DNA of 64,000 bases, taken from contig CAZVJB010000004.1 in assembly GCA_964627625.1 (NCBI GenBank), positions 3,995 through 67,994 of the forward strand. Direction: 5' to 3'. Positions 1-8,756 of the stretch are shown in pieces (position 1 is the first letter of the stretch; each line of letters starts with the position of its first letter). Below the pieces are notes generated by a model, which did no database searches, had not been told where the DNA came from, and saw only the letters and a list, made by a program, of their open reading frames with translations. The translations under genes were made by a program, and so were the position numbers. The stretch comes from an uncultured Halobacteriales archaeon (GTDB lineage Archaea; Thermoplasmatota; E2; JACPAO01; JAHFTW01).

Positions 1-329
1 CACTTTTTTTCCTCCATGGCCAATAAAAGTCTTGCAACGGCTGCCTCGCGGTCGATTCCCATCAGGCGCACAGTCTTGCGTGAATCCGTCTGACCGGCCT
101 CGATGTGTACCCGCGCAGTCGGGTGCTGGAAGAAGGCGGCAAGGGTTCGGATGATCTCCTCGTTGGCGCGCCCTTCCTGGGCGGGGGCCCGGAGACGGAT
201 GCCAATGCGGCCCTCGCGCCAAGGGTTGAAACCGTCAGGAAAACGCGCTTCCTTCGCTCCAGCCGTGGCCTCCAACAAGAGGCGCACGCCGCCGGGCGCC
301 TGCTGGACCGCCTCGCGCCAATCGGCCAC
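1..329 (-). CDS. DUF167/UPF0235 (YggU-like) protein; stop codon falls at window edge
   Basis: Own translation, not in ORF track: GTG at 329, MADWREAVQQAPGGVRLLLEATAGAKEARFPDGFNPWREGRIGIRLRAPAQEGRANEEIIRTLAAFF...VHIEAGQTDSRKTVRL. APAxEGRANxE and GxTxxxK motifs. TTTATT box ~25 nt upstream. Confidence 0.85.
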   Translation of the reverse strand, partial: MADWREAVQQAPGGVRLLLEATAGAKEARFPDGFNPWREGRIGIRLRAPAQEGRANEEIIRTLAAFFQHPTARVHIEAGQTDSRKTVRLMGIDREAAVARLLLAMEEKK

Positions 330-389
330 GCATCCACACCCCCAGCCCCCGCAATAAAGGATAAGGACTAGGGGCGCGTCGGCACGATT

Positions 390-690
390 GCCCGGCCCGA
401 AGGCACCCCCTAGTCCGCCTCGGCGGCCAGTGAAGGGGTGCGCAAAGGTTGGGCTACAGCCGAGCCGTAGGCGAGCTTGCTCGTCTGCGGCGTGGCATCC
501 CGGCTTCGGCCGGAAACCCGGATCGATGCCCCTTCTTGGGGCGGCCCTCCCCCGAGCCTCTGGCGCGTCGTCATGCTGTGAGGGGGAGACAACCTCGACC
601 CGGACAAGGGCCGTGAATACGCGAAAGCCCATCACCCGTAGCCTCTGCTGCTCCCGCAAGGGAGACGGCCCCGGGAGCGATGCGCCAGCC
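390..690 (+). ncRNA. candidate large structured non-coding RNA (family unknown)
   Basis: No credible ORF. Nested helices with G-U pairs favouring + strand. CUUG (476-479), UUCG (505-508) and GCAA (656-659) tetraloops. Long-range pairings 451-457/638-644, 541-548/607-614, 560-571/677-688. Confidence 0.5.
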
Positions 691-721
691 TCCAAGTCAA
701 GGGTCCGACTGTCCCGTCATC

Positions 722-1474
722 GGGATTGGATGAAGGGCCCCGTTAAGGGGCTGGGCAGCGGCCACCTCTTTGGAGCCAAGCGAAGCGGCTCCGAAGAGGC
801 CGAGCGGCGGCAGGCGAAGCCCCGCCGCGATGGAATCCGTGCGGCCGGCACAGCGCAGCCGACGGCCGCACGGTCAAGGCGTAGAGCCAAGCGAAGCGGC
901 TGCGAAATGTGGACCCTCCCTTTGCTAGCGCGTCAGCACGAGCCCTGCGGGGGCCAAGGGGGACGGCCGTCCTCCCAGCGAGGGGCCGAACGGCCGCCCG
1001 CGGGCCGGCCTAGTGGGCCGGGAGTGGCGGAAGCAGGAGACGCGTGCGCGAAGCGCCGCGAGGTTGCGTGGGCCGCCGGGAGGACGCCGTATGGGGTTTG
1101 CCTGATTGACGCTTCGTCGGTTTATCCGGCCCATGGGCCGCCCCCGGCGGCCCCGCCATCGCGCGCTTCGCGCTCGGCTGCCACACCCGCGCGCGGCATC
1201 GCTTCGCGTGCCCGCGCGGCCCCGACCGGGGGCGTTCGTCTTGCATCTTTTTTAGAAGCACCTTGAGGGCCTGCAAGGCGAAGTCGCCGCCGTCGGTTTT
1301 GGCGAGCCCTGTCGTTGGTCTTTGTACCAACAGGTTTCGTGGGCTTCGTGAAATTCGTGAGGGACTGGATGAAGGGCCGCGTTACGCGACTCGGCGGCGG
1401 CGACCATTTTTTCTGATTCGCGCTGATGTGGGGCTGAGCGCAAGCGAAGCCTCACAGGCAGCGGTTTCGAAACC
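722..1474. repeat. array of palindromes and GCGAAGC-capped hairpins with internal direct repeats
   Basis: GCGAAGC at 780, 814, 891, 1048, 1444 and GCTTCGC at 1165, 1201. GAGCCAAGCGAAGCGGCT at 773 and 884. GGGAYTGGATGAAGGGCC at 722 and 1361. Confidence 0.7.
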
Positions 1475-1476
1475 CG

Positions 1477-3537
1477 TCACGTCGCGCCAGTGCGCGACGA
1501 GGCGGCCACGTTCTCGTCCGGCCAGGTGAACCAGAACGTCGATCCCTTGCCGATTGTTGAATCGACACCGATTTGGCCGTGCTTGAGTTCCACGATGCGT
1601 TTGCAGATGGCAAGACCGATGCCGTTGCCGGCGTACTCGTTGCGGCCATGCAGTTGCTGGAAGATTTGGAAAATCAGTTTGTCGTGTTTCATTTCCAGGC
1701 CGATGCCATTGTCGCGCACTGCGAATCGCCAAGCGTCTCCGTCGCGCGTGGCTTCGACGTTGATGCGGGATGGGCGCTTGGGATCACGGAACTTGAGCGC
1801 GTTGCCAATCAGGTTTTGGAAGACTTGCCGCAGCTCGCGTTCGTGGCCGCGAACGGTTGGAAGCGCACCAATATGGACCTCGGCTCCAGCGTCACTTATG
1901 GCCGGAGCCAAGTCCGCCTTCACGTGCGCAAGAACAGTTGGCAGCGCGACGTTTTCGACCGGGCCAGGTTGCGCACCCACGCGGGAATACTCCAGCAAAT
2001 CTTTGATGAGTCCTTGCATGCGCGCGGCGCCCGACACCGCGTTTTCAATGTACGTGTCGGCGTCGGCGTCAAGCTTGCCCTTGTAGCGACGCTGCAAGAG
2101 TTGTGTATAGCTGGCAACAGCGCGCAGCGGTTCTTGCAGGTCATGCGACGCGACGTAGGCGAATTCCTCGAGCTCGCGGTTGGAGCGTTGTAATTCCTGA
2201 CGGGCGCGTTCTTCCGAAGCGGCTTCGGCACGCATGATGGAGGATAATTGTCGACGGCCGACGAAACCAACGATGACGAAGCCGGCAAAGGCGAAGACGA
2301 TGAGGAAGTACACGAGGCCGGCCTCGTTGTTGAGCGGCACGGTCGTCAGCAAGGGCAATCGACTGCCTGCAATCACGGTGATGGGCAGGACGACGTAGGC
2401 GGCCAGCATGGCAATGACGACACGGTCCAGGGTCGCGGCGGTGATGGCAAACTGCGGCGTGGCTTGCCGCCGAAACGCCCGCGCATTGCGAACGGCCAGC
2501 AGGCCAGCGGCGGCGGGAATGGCAAGGATGACGAGGGCGAACGCGTAGGAGCCGGGCGATGAGTAGAGCGTAGTTGCGGACGAAAATACGATGCGGTAGA
2601 GGCCCGGTCCGTACAGGGCCGTTGCGTTGCCGGTAATCACAACTTCGCGTGCCCCGCCAGCCTCGCTGGATGCGAGATAGCGCGCAGGCAGCGTCTCGCC
2701 AGCGGGCCCGACGACATGCGAGAACGCGAGGTCGCTCGTAACTCGCACGTGGAGGCTGAGACGACCAGACACGCCGCCAAGCGTAGAAGGCACGACGACC
2801 TCGACCATTGTCGTTGATTGGACTGAACCCTCTTGGACCCCGACGCGCTCCTGGCGGACGTTTTCAATCGTGGCGGGAATCCCCAGCAGCACCACGCGGG
2901 CTTCGGTCACGGTCGACGAAAAGGCTTGGCCGAAGAGAGGGTTCACGGCCGCTTGGCCGAAGGTCTGGCCGACGTCGCCGAACCGCCAACCCAGCGTGAC
3001 GTTTTGTTGGTCCGGCTGCACTGCGACTTGGAACTGGAACGGCAGGCGCGCCTCATGCTCGGCAGAACTGCGGTCAAAATAGTCGAAGGTGGCGACAACC
3101 GACCGTTTCTGGTCGTAGATGCGCAACTGCTGTTCCATGCTTTTGGGCAGGTCGAGTTGCGACGTCTGTCGGATGATGCGATCGGCCATGAACTGCACAT
3201 CCACGGCCCGAGTGCCCGGCGGCAGCGGCAGAAAAAAGAGGGATTCGCCGCAGCCGTTCTCGGTCTGCTCTTCGTGGAAGCGGAACCAATTTGCGGTTCC
3301 ATTCAAGGTGAAGTGGTCCCGACCGCATGAGCTCGTAGGCACCCTTGTCCCGCTTCCCGGCACTTCCTGGGAAGTCACCTGATAGAATGGTTGCAGTGCG
3401 GTCGCTGGGACTTGGACGTCGAGGCTGAAACTCGCATCGAGTACTCCGGGCGTGGCAGCGGATGTTACCCCACTGGAAACCGCCGCTGCCGCCGCCAGAA
3501 TAAGGGAGCACAAAGAAACGCGGGCCCACCTTTTCAT
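1477..3537 (-). CDS. membrane sensor histidine kinase (large extracellular N-domain, 3 TM, HisKA + HATPase)
   Basis: EEFAYVASHDLQEPLR H-box, QNLIGNALKF N-box, DNGIG and GNGIGLAICK G-boxes; signal peptide. Confidence 0.93.
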   Translation of the reverse strand: MKRWARVSLCSLILAAAAAVSSGVTSAATPGVLDASFSLDVQVPATALQPFYQVTSQEVPGSGTRVPTSSCGRDHFTLNGTANWFRFHEEQTENGCGESLFFLPLPPGTRAVDVQFMADRIIRQTSQLDLPKSMEQQLRIYDQKRSVVATFDYFDRSSAEHEARLPFQFQVAVQPDQQNVTLGWRFGDVGQTFGQAAVNPLFGQAFSSTVTEARVVLLGIPATIENVRQERVGVQEGSVQSTTMVEVVVPSTLGGVSGRLSLHVRVTSDLAFSHVVGPAGETLPARYLASSEAGGAREVVITGNATALYGPGLYRIVFSSATTLYSSPGSYAFALVILAIPAAAGLLAVRNARAFRRQATPQFAITAATLDRVVIAMLAAYVVLPITVIAGSRLPLLTTVPLNNEAGLVYFLIVFAFAGFVIVGFVGRRQLSSIMRAEAASEERARQELQRSNRELEEFAYVASHDLQEPLRAVASYTQLLQRRYKGKLDADADTYIENAVSGAARMQGLIKDLLEYSRVGAQPGPVENVALPTVLAHVKADLAPAISDAGAEVHIGALPTVRGHERELRQVFQNLIGNALKFRDPKRPSRINVEATRDGDAWRFAVRDNGIGLEMKHDKLIFQIFQQLHGRNEYAGNGIGLAICKRIVELKHGQIGVDSTIGKGSTFWFTWPDENVAASSRTGAT

Positions 3538-4358
3538 CGTGCCCTCACGCCGGAAAGGAAGACGAAGCGGCTGTTGAAGGATAGGTCCGTAAAGGAGGCG
3601 AGCAGGGGCGTTCCCGGCGGACAGGTCGTCGATCCGGCGAGTTTGGCCGCGGTGCTATCGGCGCGCATCGAACAGACGGCCCCGCCCGCTCCCGGTTCAA
3701 TTGGAAACGACGTCTCGAAGAACCCCAAACCGGTTGGCGTCTGCTGCCAGAAGCGCAGTTGACCGAAATCCAGGTTGAGCGGCGTCGGGGCTGACCCCAT
3801 CATGTTGACAAGCGTGCCCCGGTCGTCCGACAAGGTTGCACTCCCCGTGACCAAGCGGCCCGCGACCGGCATCGCGTCGATGCTTACGTTTGCTGGGAGG
3901 AGCCGCCATCCAGCGGCGCGCACGGCGCCGGCGAGTTCGTTCGTGTCGCCGTAGCGCTCGACTTCGTAAAAGTCGAAACGGGCGGTGCCGTTGACCTCCG
4001 GGACAACCGGATGTTCGACAAAGAGCTCAAGGAAGGCGGGTTGCCAAGGTTGGGGCTGCCCGCGCACGGTGCAGTCCAGGGTGACGAGCACCATAGCGGT
4101 CTTGCCGACGACGGCCGGATTGTCAAGAAGTTCACTCGCGTCGCGTGCATGGAATCCCGGTGGCAGGTACGGCTCAGCCGCGTCGAAATCCAACAATTGA
4201 AACAGGATGAGGTTGTTACATGCAGTCGCCTCGATGGCCACAATCAACGGCCCAGGAGCCGACGAGTTGGATGCCCCGTCGCTCGTCAATCCCGGGTCGC
4301 CGGCACAGCCCGCCAGAAGGACGGCAAAGAGCAGCGCATAGGGGGGCAGGGTCGCCAA
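3534..4358 (-). CDS. lipoprotein, possibly acetoacetate-decarboxylase-like fold
   Basis: LLAGC lipobox; 4-nt overlap with kinase start; similar to 7508-8323. Confidence 0.7.
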   Translation of the reverse strand: MATLPPYALLFAVLLAGCAGDPGLTSDGASNSSAPGPLIVAIEATACNNLILFQLLDFDAAEPYLPPGFHARDASELLDNPAVVGKTAMVLVTLDCTVRGQPQPWQPAFLELFVEHPVVPEVNGTARFDFYEVERYGDTNELAGAVRAAGWRLLPANVSIDAMPVAGRLVTGSATLSDDRGTLVNMMGSAPTPLNLDFGQLRFWQQTPTGLGFFETSFPIEPGAGGAVCSMRADSTAAKLAGSTTCPPGTPLLASFTDLSFNSRFVFLSGVRAR

Positions 4359-4415
4359 CGGAGGGGCCCAGACCTTTGATGGTAAAGGGTTTTGGCCGCG
4401 GCGCGCGGACGGGGG

Positions 4416-4850
4416 TTACCCCTGAAGTTTGCCGCTGCGCAACAAATCCAGTAGGTCGTTGGCAAAACCCATGTATCCTTCAAGGGTCAGCGGTTTGGCA
4501 AAATAGGCAACGGCGCGATTGTTACGGGCACGCTGGACGTCGGCCTCGTGCTGCGACGAACTTAGGATAATCACCGGCATGGTTTGCAGTCCCGGAACCC
4601 CCCGAAGCCGTTCCAAGAATTCGTGCCCCGAGGCTCCTGGAAGTTTGAGATCCAACAGAACGAGGTCTGGAAGTCGTCCACCTTTCTGGAGCATTTCCTC
4701 CAGAGCGTACATAGCAGCATCGGCGTCGGTACAATGGGTGACGCGAGGCCGTGCTCCGACCTCCCGGAACGCCTCCTGCAGAAGACGCGCGTCCTGCGGA
4801 TTGTCTTCGACCAAGAAGAAATGGATGTCTCGACCGGTCTCCGGCACCAT
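4416..4850 (-). CDS. single-domain response regulator (Rcp1-like)
   Basis: LVEDNPQD, PDLVLLDLKLPG, IILSSS, AKP motifs. Confidence 0.92.
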   Translation of the reverse strand: MVPETGRDIHFFLVEDNPQDARLLQEAFREVGARPRVTHCTDADAAMYALEEMLQKGGRLPDLVLLDLKLPGASGHEFLERLRGVPGLQTMPVIILSSSQHEADVQRARNNRAVAYFAKPLTLEGYMGFANDLLDLLRSGKLQG

Positions 4851-4945
4851 GAAAACCGGGTCGTGGGACGAAGGCGGCGTGCAAGAAGGTTGTGCCGTGA
4901 CCATCGGGGCGTCACGCCTTTCAGCCCGGCCCGCCTGCGACGGTT

Positions 4946-5527
4946 ATGCGCATCTGGGTCGTGAACAACGGCAGCCAGTGGACCCACCGCGAATGGCGCG
5001 TCCTGCGTTACCTCAAACAGGACACCCAAATCGTCGAGAACACCACCCCGGTTGCAGACCTGAAGGCAGCAAACCTCGACGGCATCATGCTTTCCGGCGG
5101 GGCGGCGCGCGTCGGCCTGGACGGCAAGCTGGGCGAAGTTGGTACCTATCTTGACGAGCTTGATATCCCGTTCTTGGGTGTTTGTGCGGGCCACCAATTC
5201 ATGGCGCGGCATTTCGGCGGCCAGGCCGCGCCGGGCAACGCGCCAGAGTTTGGCATGGTAGAAATGGAGGTCTTGGAGGAGGGTGACATCCTGCGTGATG
5301 TGCCGAAAAAAACCATCGTTTGGGCAAGCCACCACGACGAGGTTTCCGTGCTGCCGCCCGATTTCAAGGTGCTTGCTCGCTCCGACGCTTGCCCTGTGCA
5401 AGTCATGCGGCATGAGTCGAAGCCGCTCTTCGGCATGTCCTTCCACCCTGAAGTCGAACACACGCAGGCGGGCGTGCAAATGATTGGCAATTTCGTGCGA
5501 ATCTGCGAAGAAGCGCGCAAAGGGTAG
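4946..5527 (+). CDS. guaAA: GMP synthase glutamine amidotransferase subunit A
   Basis: NNGSQWTHR, GVCAGHQ nucleophile, FHPEV. Confidence 0.93.
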   Translation: MRIWVVNNGSQWTHREWRVLRYLKQDTQIVENTTPVADLKAANLDGIMLSGGAARVGLDGKLGEVGTYLDELDIPFLGVCAGHQFMARHFGGQAAPGNAPEFGMVEMEVLEEGDILRDVPKKTIVWASHHDEVSVLPPDFKVLARSDACPVQVMRHESKPLFGMSFHPEVEHTQAGVQMIGNFVRICEEARKG

Positions 5528-5589
5528 GGCCCTGCCGGCGCGTCCAACCATTCGCTAAACCTTAGAATGCCACCTGGGTTGGCCGATGC

Positions 5590-6774
5590 ATGGTACTGCC
5601 GGTGGCACATGGCGACTCCCGACCCGCGAGACGCCGGATGCTGCCGAAACAGAGCCAGGTCTTCTTTTTCGTCGTCCTCACTTTTTTCCTATATCTGACA
5701 TGGCTCATTTTCGAGACGTTTCTCATCTACATCATTACGGGCATCTTTGTTGCCGTCCTGGCACTTCCGATCGACAAGTTCTGGGAACGCTTTTTCCGCA
5801 ACAAGATGGCGGCCGGCTTTACGATGCTGACGATCCTGCTGCTGCTTACCATCCCGCTGGTCCTGCTGGGGATTACCATGGCAAGCGATGTGCAACGCCT
5901 TGCCGGCGCAGTCCAATCTGACGAGATCGAGAACCTCATTAACCGAACGGTGGACAAACCGTGGGTGCTCAAGGCCGTCGGCGCGGTAGAACCTAACCTC
6001 AACGAAACCGAACGGCGCGCGTACATCTCAGACCAGGTCTATGCAGGTCGTGATTGGCTCGTCGACGAACTCAACAAGTTAGGATCGGAGTTGGTCGCCG
6101 CCATACCGGACCTGTTCATCGGGTTGACTGTCATCCTGTTCATCGTGTACTACATTTTGGTGGACGGCGAGGCGTTTGTCGCGTACTTGCGTCGTGCACT
6201 CCCCATCCCGGCACGACAAGTCGACTTCCTGTTGCGCGAAGCCCGCGGCGGCTTATCAGCGGTCTTCATGGGCCAGATGCTTGTCTGCGCGTTGCAGGGC
6301 CTGCTGGGAGGTATCGGGTGGTACATCGCAGGGCTCCCCAATGCAGTGTTGTGGGGCTTTGTCATGGCGCTATTTGCCCTCTTGCCGGTGGTTGGAACAA
6401 ACTTCGTCTGGATTCCTGGCGCCTTGTACCTCATTTTCCTCGAGGACAACTTAGCCGGCGGCATTTTCCTGCTAGTGTGGGGCTTCCTCGTCGTCATGGT
6501 CTTCATGGACAACGTAGTTCGCCCGAAACTCATTGGCAAGCGCGCGGACATCCATCCCATGTTCGTTCTGGTCGGCGCTCTTGGCGGCGCGGTCGCCTTC
6601 GGCTTCATCGGTTTGTTCCTCGGCCCCCTGCTGATGGGCGTCACGATTGCCGTCCTCAAGGTTTACGAATCGGATTATCTCGACCCCGAAGTGAACCTCG
6701 TGGACGAAATGGAATTCCAGGCCGCAGGCGGCGACGTCGATGAGCCGGATCCTGAACCGCCATCCCAACCGTGA
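5590..6774 (+). CDS. AI-2E (PerM) family transporter
   Basis: Multi-TM; DNVVRPKLIG and GFIGLFLGP motifs. Confidence 0.92.
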   Translation: MVLPVAHGDSRPARRRMLPKQSQVFFFVVLTFFLYLTWLIFETFLIYIITGIFVAVLALPIDKFWERFFRNKMAAGFTMLTILLLLTIPLVLLGITMASDVQRLAGAVQSDEIENLINRTVDKPWVLKAVGAVEPNLNETERRAYISDQVYAGRDWLVDELNKLGSELVAAIPDLFIGLTVILFIVYYILVDGEAFVAYLRRALPIPARQVDFLLREARGGLSAVFMGQMLVCALQGLLGGIGWYIAGLPNAVLWGFVMALFALLPVVGTNFVWIPGALYLIFLEDNLAGGIFLLVWGFLVVMVFMDNVVRPKLIGKRADIHPMFVLVGALGGAVAFGFIGLFLGPLLMGVTIAVLKVYESDYLDPEVNLVDEMEFQAAGGDVDEPDPEPPSQP

Positions 6775-6775
6775 C

Positions 6776-7090
6776 CTACTCAGGGTCCTGCCCACACAGG
6801 CGCCGCAACACGCGCCGCGTCGTTCGCACGTGCCGAAGCTCCCAGGCGCGCAAGAGCAGCACGATGCCAGGGACCGCAAGCAGCGGACTCCAAGCCTCGA
6901 TGGCCCAACCCAGGAAATCCGCGAAGCCTGCCACAACGAACGCCGCAACCAAGAGCCACAGTCCCGCCGCCGCAAACCGACGCTGGCGCCGACGCACGGC
7001 CTTGTCGTCGACCTTTGCCAGCTCGAGAATCGATCGTTCGCGCCGCGTCAGGCCGTTGGCATTCCACGAGGCGGGTAGAGGAAGGTCCAT
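6776..7090 (-). CDS. small 2-TM hypothetical membrane protein
   Basis: ATG ORF with two hydrophobic helices filling the gap. Confidence 0.6.
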   Translation of the reverse strand: MDLPLPASWNANGLTRRERSILELAKVDDKAVRRRQRRFAAAGLWLLVAAFVVAGFADFLGWAIEAWSPLLAVPGIVLLLRAWELRHVRTTRRVLRRLCGQDPE

Positions 7091-7150
7091 GGCCTGTCAC
7101 AGGGCGGGAGCCTAGGAAAAGGATTGGCGATGGGGGCACTCATCATGCCA

Positions 7151-7435
7151 TCAACCTGATGCTTGGTGCTCAAGATGCAGGGCGGCGCCTTCCATCATCT
7201 CGGCGTGCACGTGCCACACGCTGGCTGCGACAGCCGCGCCGAGGATGGCCATGATGCCAAATACGTCACTCATGGGGTCGGGCGACGGCGTCGCGTAGGC
7301 GCGCCACAACTGCCACACGCTGCCGAGGGCAAACAAGGCGGCGGCACCGAGAGCGTACGCCCGCTGGCGTCGCCAGAAGCGGCTTCCCTTGGCAGCCTGC
7401 TTGAGGAACTTCGGTTCGGGCCCGAGGTCGGCCAT
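7151..7435 (-). CDS. small 2-TM hypothetical membrane protein
   Basis: MADLGPEPK...; two hydrophobic helices. Confidence 0.6.
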   Translation of the reverse strand: MADLGPEPKFLKQAAKGSRFWRRQRAYALGAAALFALGSVWQLWRAYATPSPDPMSDVFGIMAILGAAVAASVWHVHAEMMEGAALHLEHQASG

Positions 7436-7507
7436 GCAACCGACGAGCCGTAGCCGTAAAAAAAGGCCAAGGCGCAAGCCTAATCTGTGCACGCTGGTCG
7501 CCGCCGT

Positions 7508-8323
7508 ATGCGCGCGATGCTTGCCCTTTTCCTCGTCCTGCTTCTGGCCGGATGCTCGTCAAATTCCACGGAATCCTCAGAGTCGAATCCATCTCCATCA
7601 ACCTCCACGCATTCCGTGACGACCACAACGCTCAACACGACGACCATACCGCCTCCGCCTCCGGCAGTATCGAACGCCACGTTCCAAGAAACCGCAGCGG
7701 GTTGCAAGGAATTCATCGGCGTCTTCCAAATCCCCATGACGCAGGCTCGCAAGTTCGTGCCTGCCAAGTACGCGCCGCTTGGCGATGCTTCCGGGAAAGC
7801 CGTTGCTTTTGCTGGCCTAAAAATCTGCGACGACGTGAAGATTGACGGCGTCTCCATCGGTCGCGCCTCGACGGCGGACGTCGGGGTCCTAATCGCCTCG
7901 CCCGACGGGTCTGACCAGAACCATTACTACCAGCCCTGGTGGCTCAGCGACAACGAGATCCTCGCCGGCCGGCTGACGGCGCAGGGTTGGCGCGGCGGAT
8001 ACACGAACGGAACGACTCTCACGGCGACGCTCACGCAGGGCTTTGGCAACGTCGCTTTCAACGTGCCCTGGAGCAACGGAACCTATTCGATGGCAGGCAC
8101 GGTTTTCTCGGGCGGGTTGCCTCCCGCGGCCACGTTTACTGGGTGGCATGACGGCGCAAATGGCACAGTCGCCGTGCGCAAGACGCTCACCTCCACTGCA
8201 TTCGGCAGCGGTGTTGCGACTCTCACGGCAGCAGGCCCGATGGCGGAGTTCATTGGTGCAACGGCAACGGGCCTCGCGCTCTACAACGAGTACGCGATGG
8301 ACGGAACGGTCGGCAGGAAGTAG
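7508..8323 (+). CDS. lipoprotein with Ser/Thr/Pro linker, paralog of 3534-4358
   Basis: LLLAGC lipobox; AGCKEFIGVFQIPMTQARKFVP resembles TACNNLILFQLLDFDAAEPYLP. Confidence 0.75.
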   Translation: MRAMLALFLVLLLAGCSSNSTESSESNPSPSTSTHSVTTTTLNTTTIPPPPPAVSNATFQETAAGCKEFIGVFQIPMTQARKFVPAKYAPLGDASGKAVAFAGLKICDDVKIDGVSIGRASTADVGVLIASPDGSDQNHYYQPWWLSDNEILAGRLTAQGWRGGYTNGTTLTATLTQGFGNVAFNVPWSNGTYSMAGTVFSGGLPPAATFTGWHDGANGTVAVRKTLTSTAFGSGVATLTAAGPMAEFIGATATGLALYNEYAMDGTVGRK

Positions 8324-8474
8324 CCGCAGCCGGCAAACCTGCGGGCCGCCACGAAGGGTTTGCCCTCGCCCACACGAACGCCTGCAAGCGTTGCCTTGGC
8401 ATGCATGGGCGGGACGATGCGTGACTTGGATTTTCCTGTTGGGAGGGGGTGAGCGGAATCGAACGGAGGTTGGC

Positions 8475-8732
8475 CTACCCCGGTAATTGGCCAGGGGGCG
8501 GCCGACGTGCCGTGACGTCCTTGAGTAGTTCATCCAGCGGTAGTCCTGACAGGGCGCCCACAATCTCAATGCCCACGAGGCGGCGCTCGGCGTCGAAGTC
8601 TAGGACGACCATCGGGCGCGTCGACGTCTCAGCTTCGAAGTCCACGGGCCAGGATTGCCACTTCTCACCAGGGCGGTGTTCCCGCAGATAGACGTAGGCA
8701 GCATCGGCCCGCTCGTCGTACGTGAAACGCAT
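8475..8732 (-). CDS. DUF2283 domain protein
   Basis: MRFTYDERADAAYVYL...VLDFDAERRLVGIEI signature. Confidence 0.85.
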   Translation of the reverse strand: MRFTYDERADAAYVYLREHRPGEKWQSWPVDFEAETSTRPMVVLDFDAERRLVGIEIVGALSGLPLDELLKDVTARRPPPGQLPG

Positions 8733-8756
8733 GGCTTCCCCATGCACGGTGGCTAG

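Noticed and set aside
365..690. RNase P RNA, SRP RNA, tmRNA or group I/II intron identity for the structured region
   Set aside because: No GAGGAAAGUCC/ACAGAA cores, no GCCAGG..GGAA..AGCA helix 8, no TPsiC/CCA end. GACUA/UAGUC and GAGCCGUA look-alikes lack correct order and context
388..1266. 292-aa ORF in the track
   Set aside because: Arg/Ala/Pro-rich with no domain; a by-product of GC-rich palindromic sequence
722..1474. CRISPR array
   Set aside because: Repeats are only pairwise and irregularly spaced; no cas genes in the window
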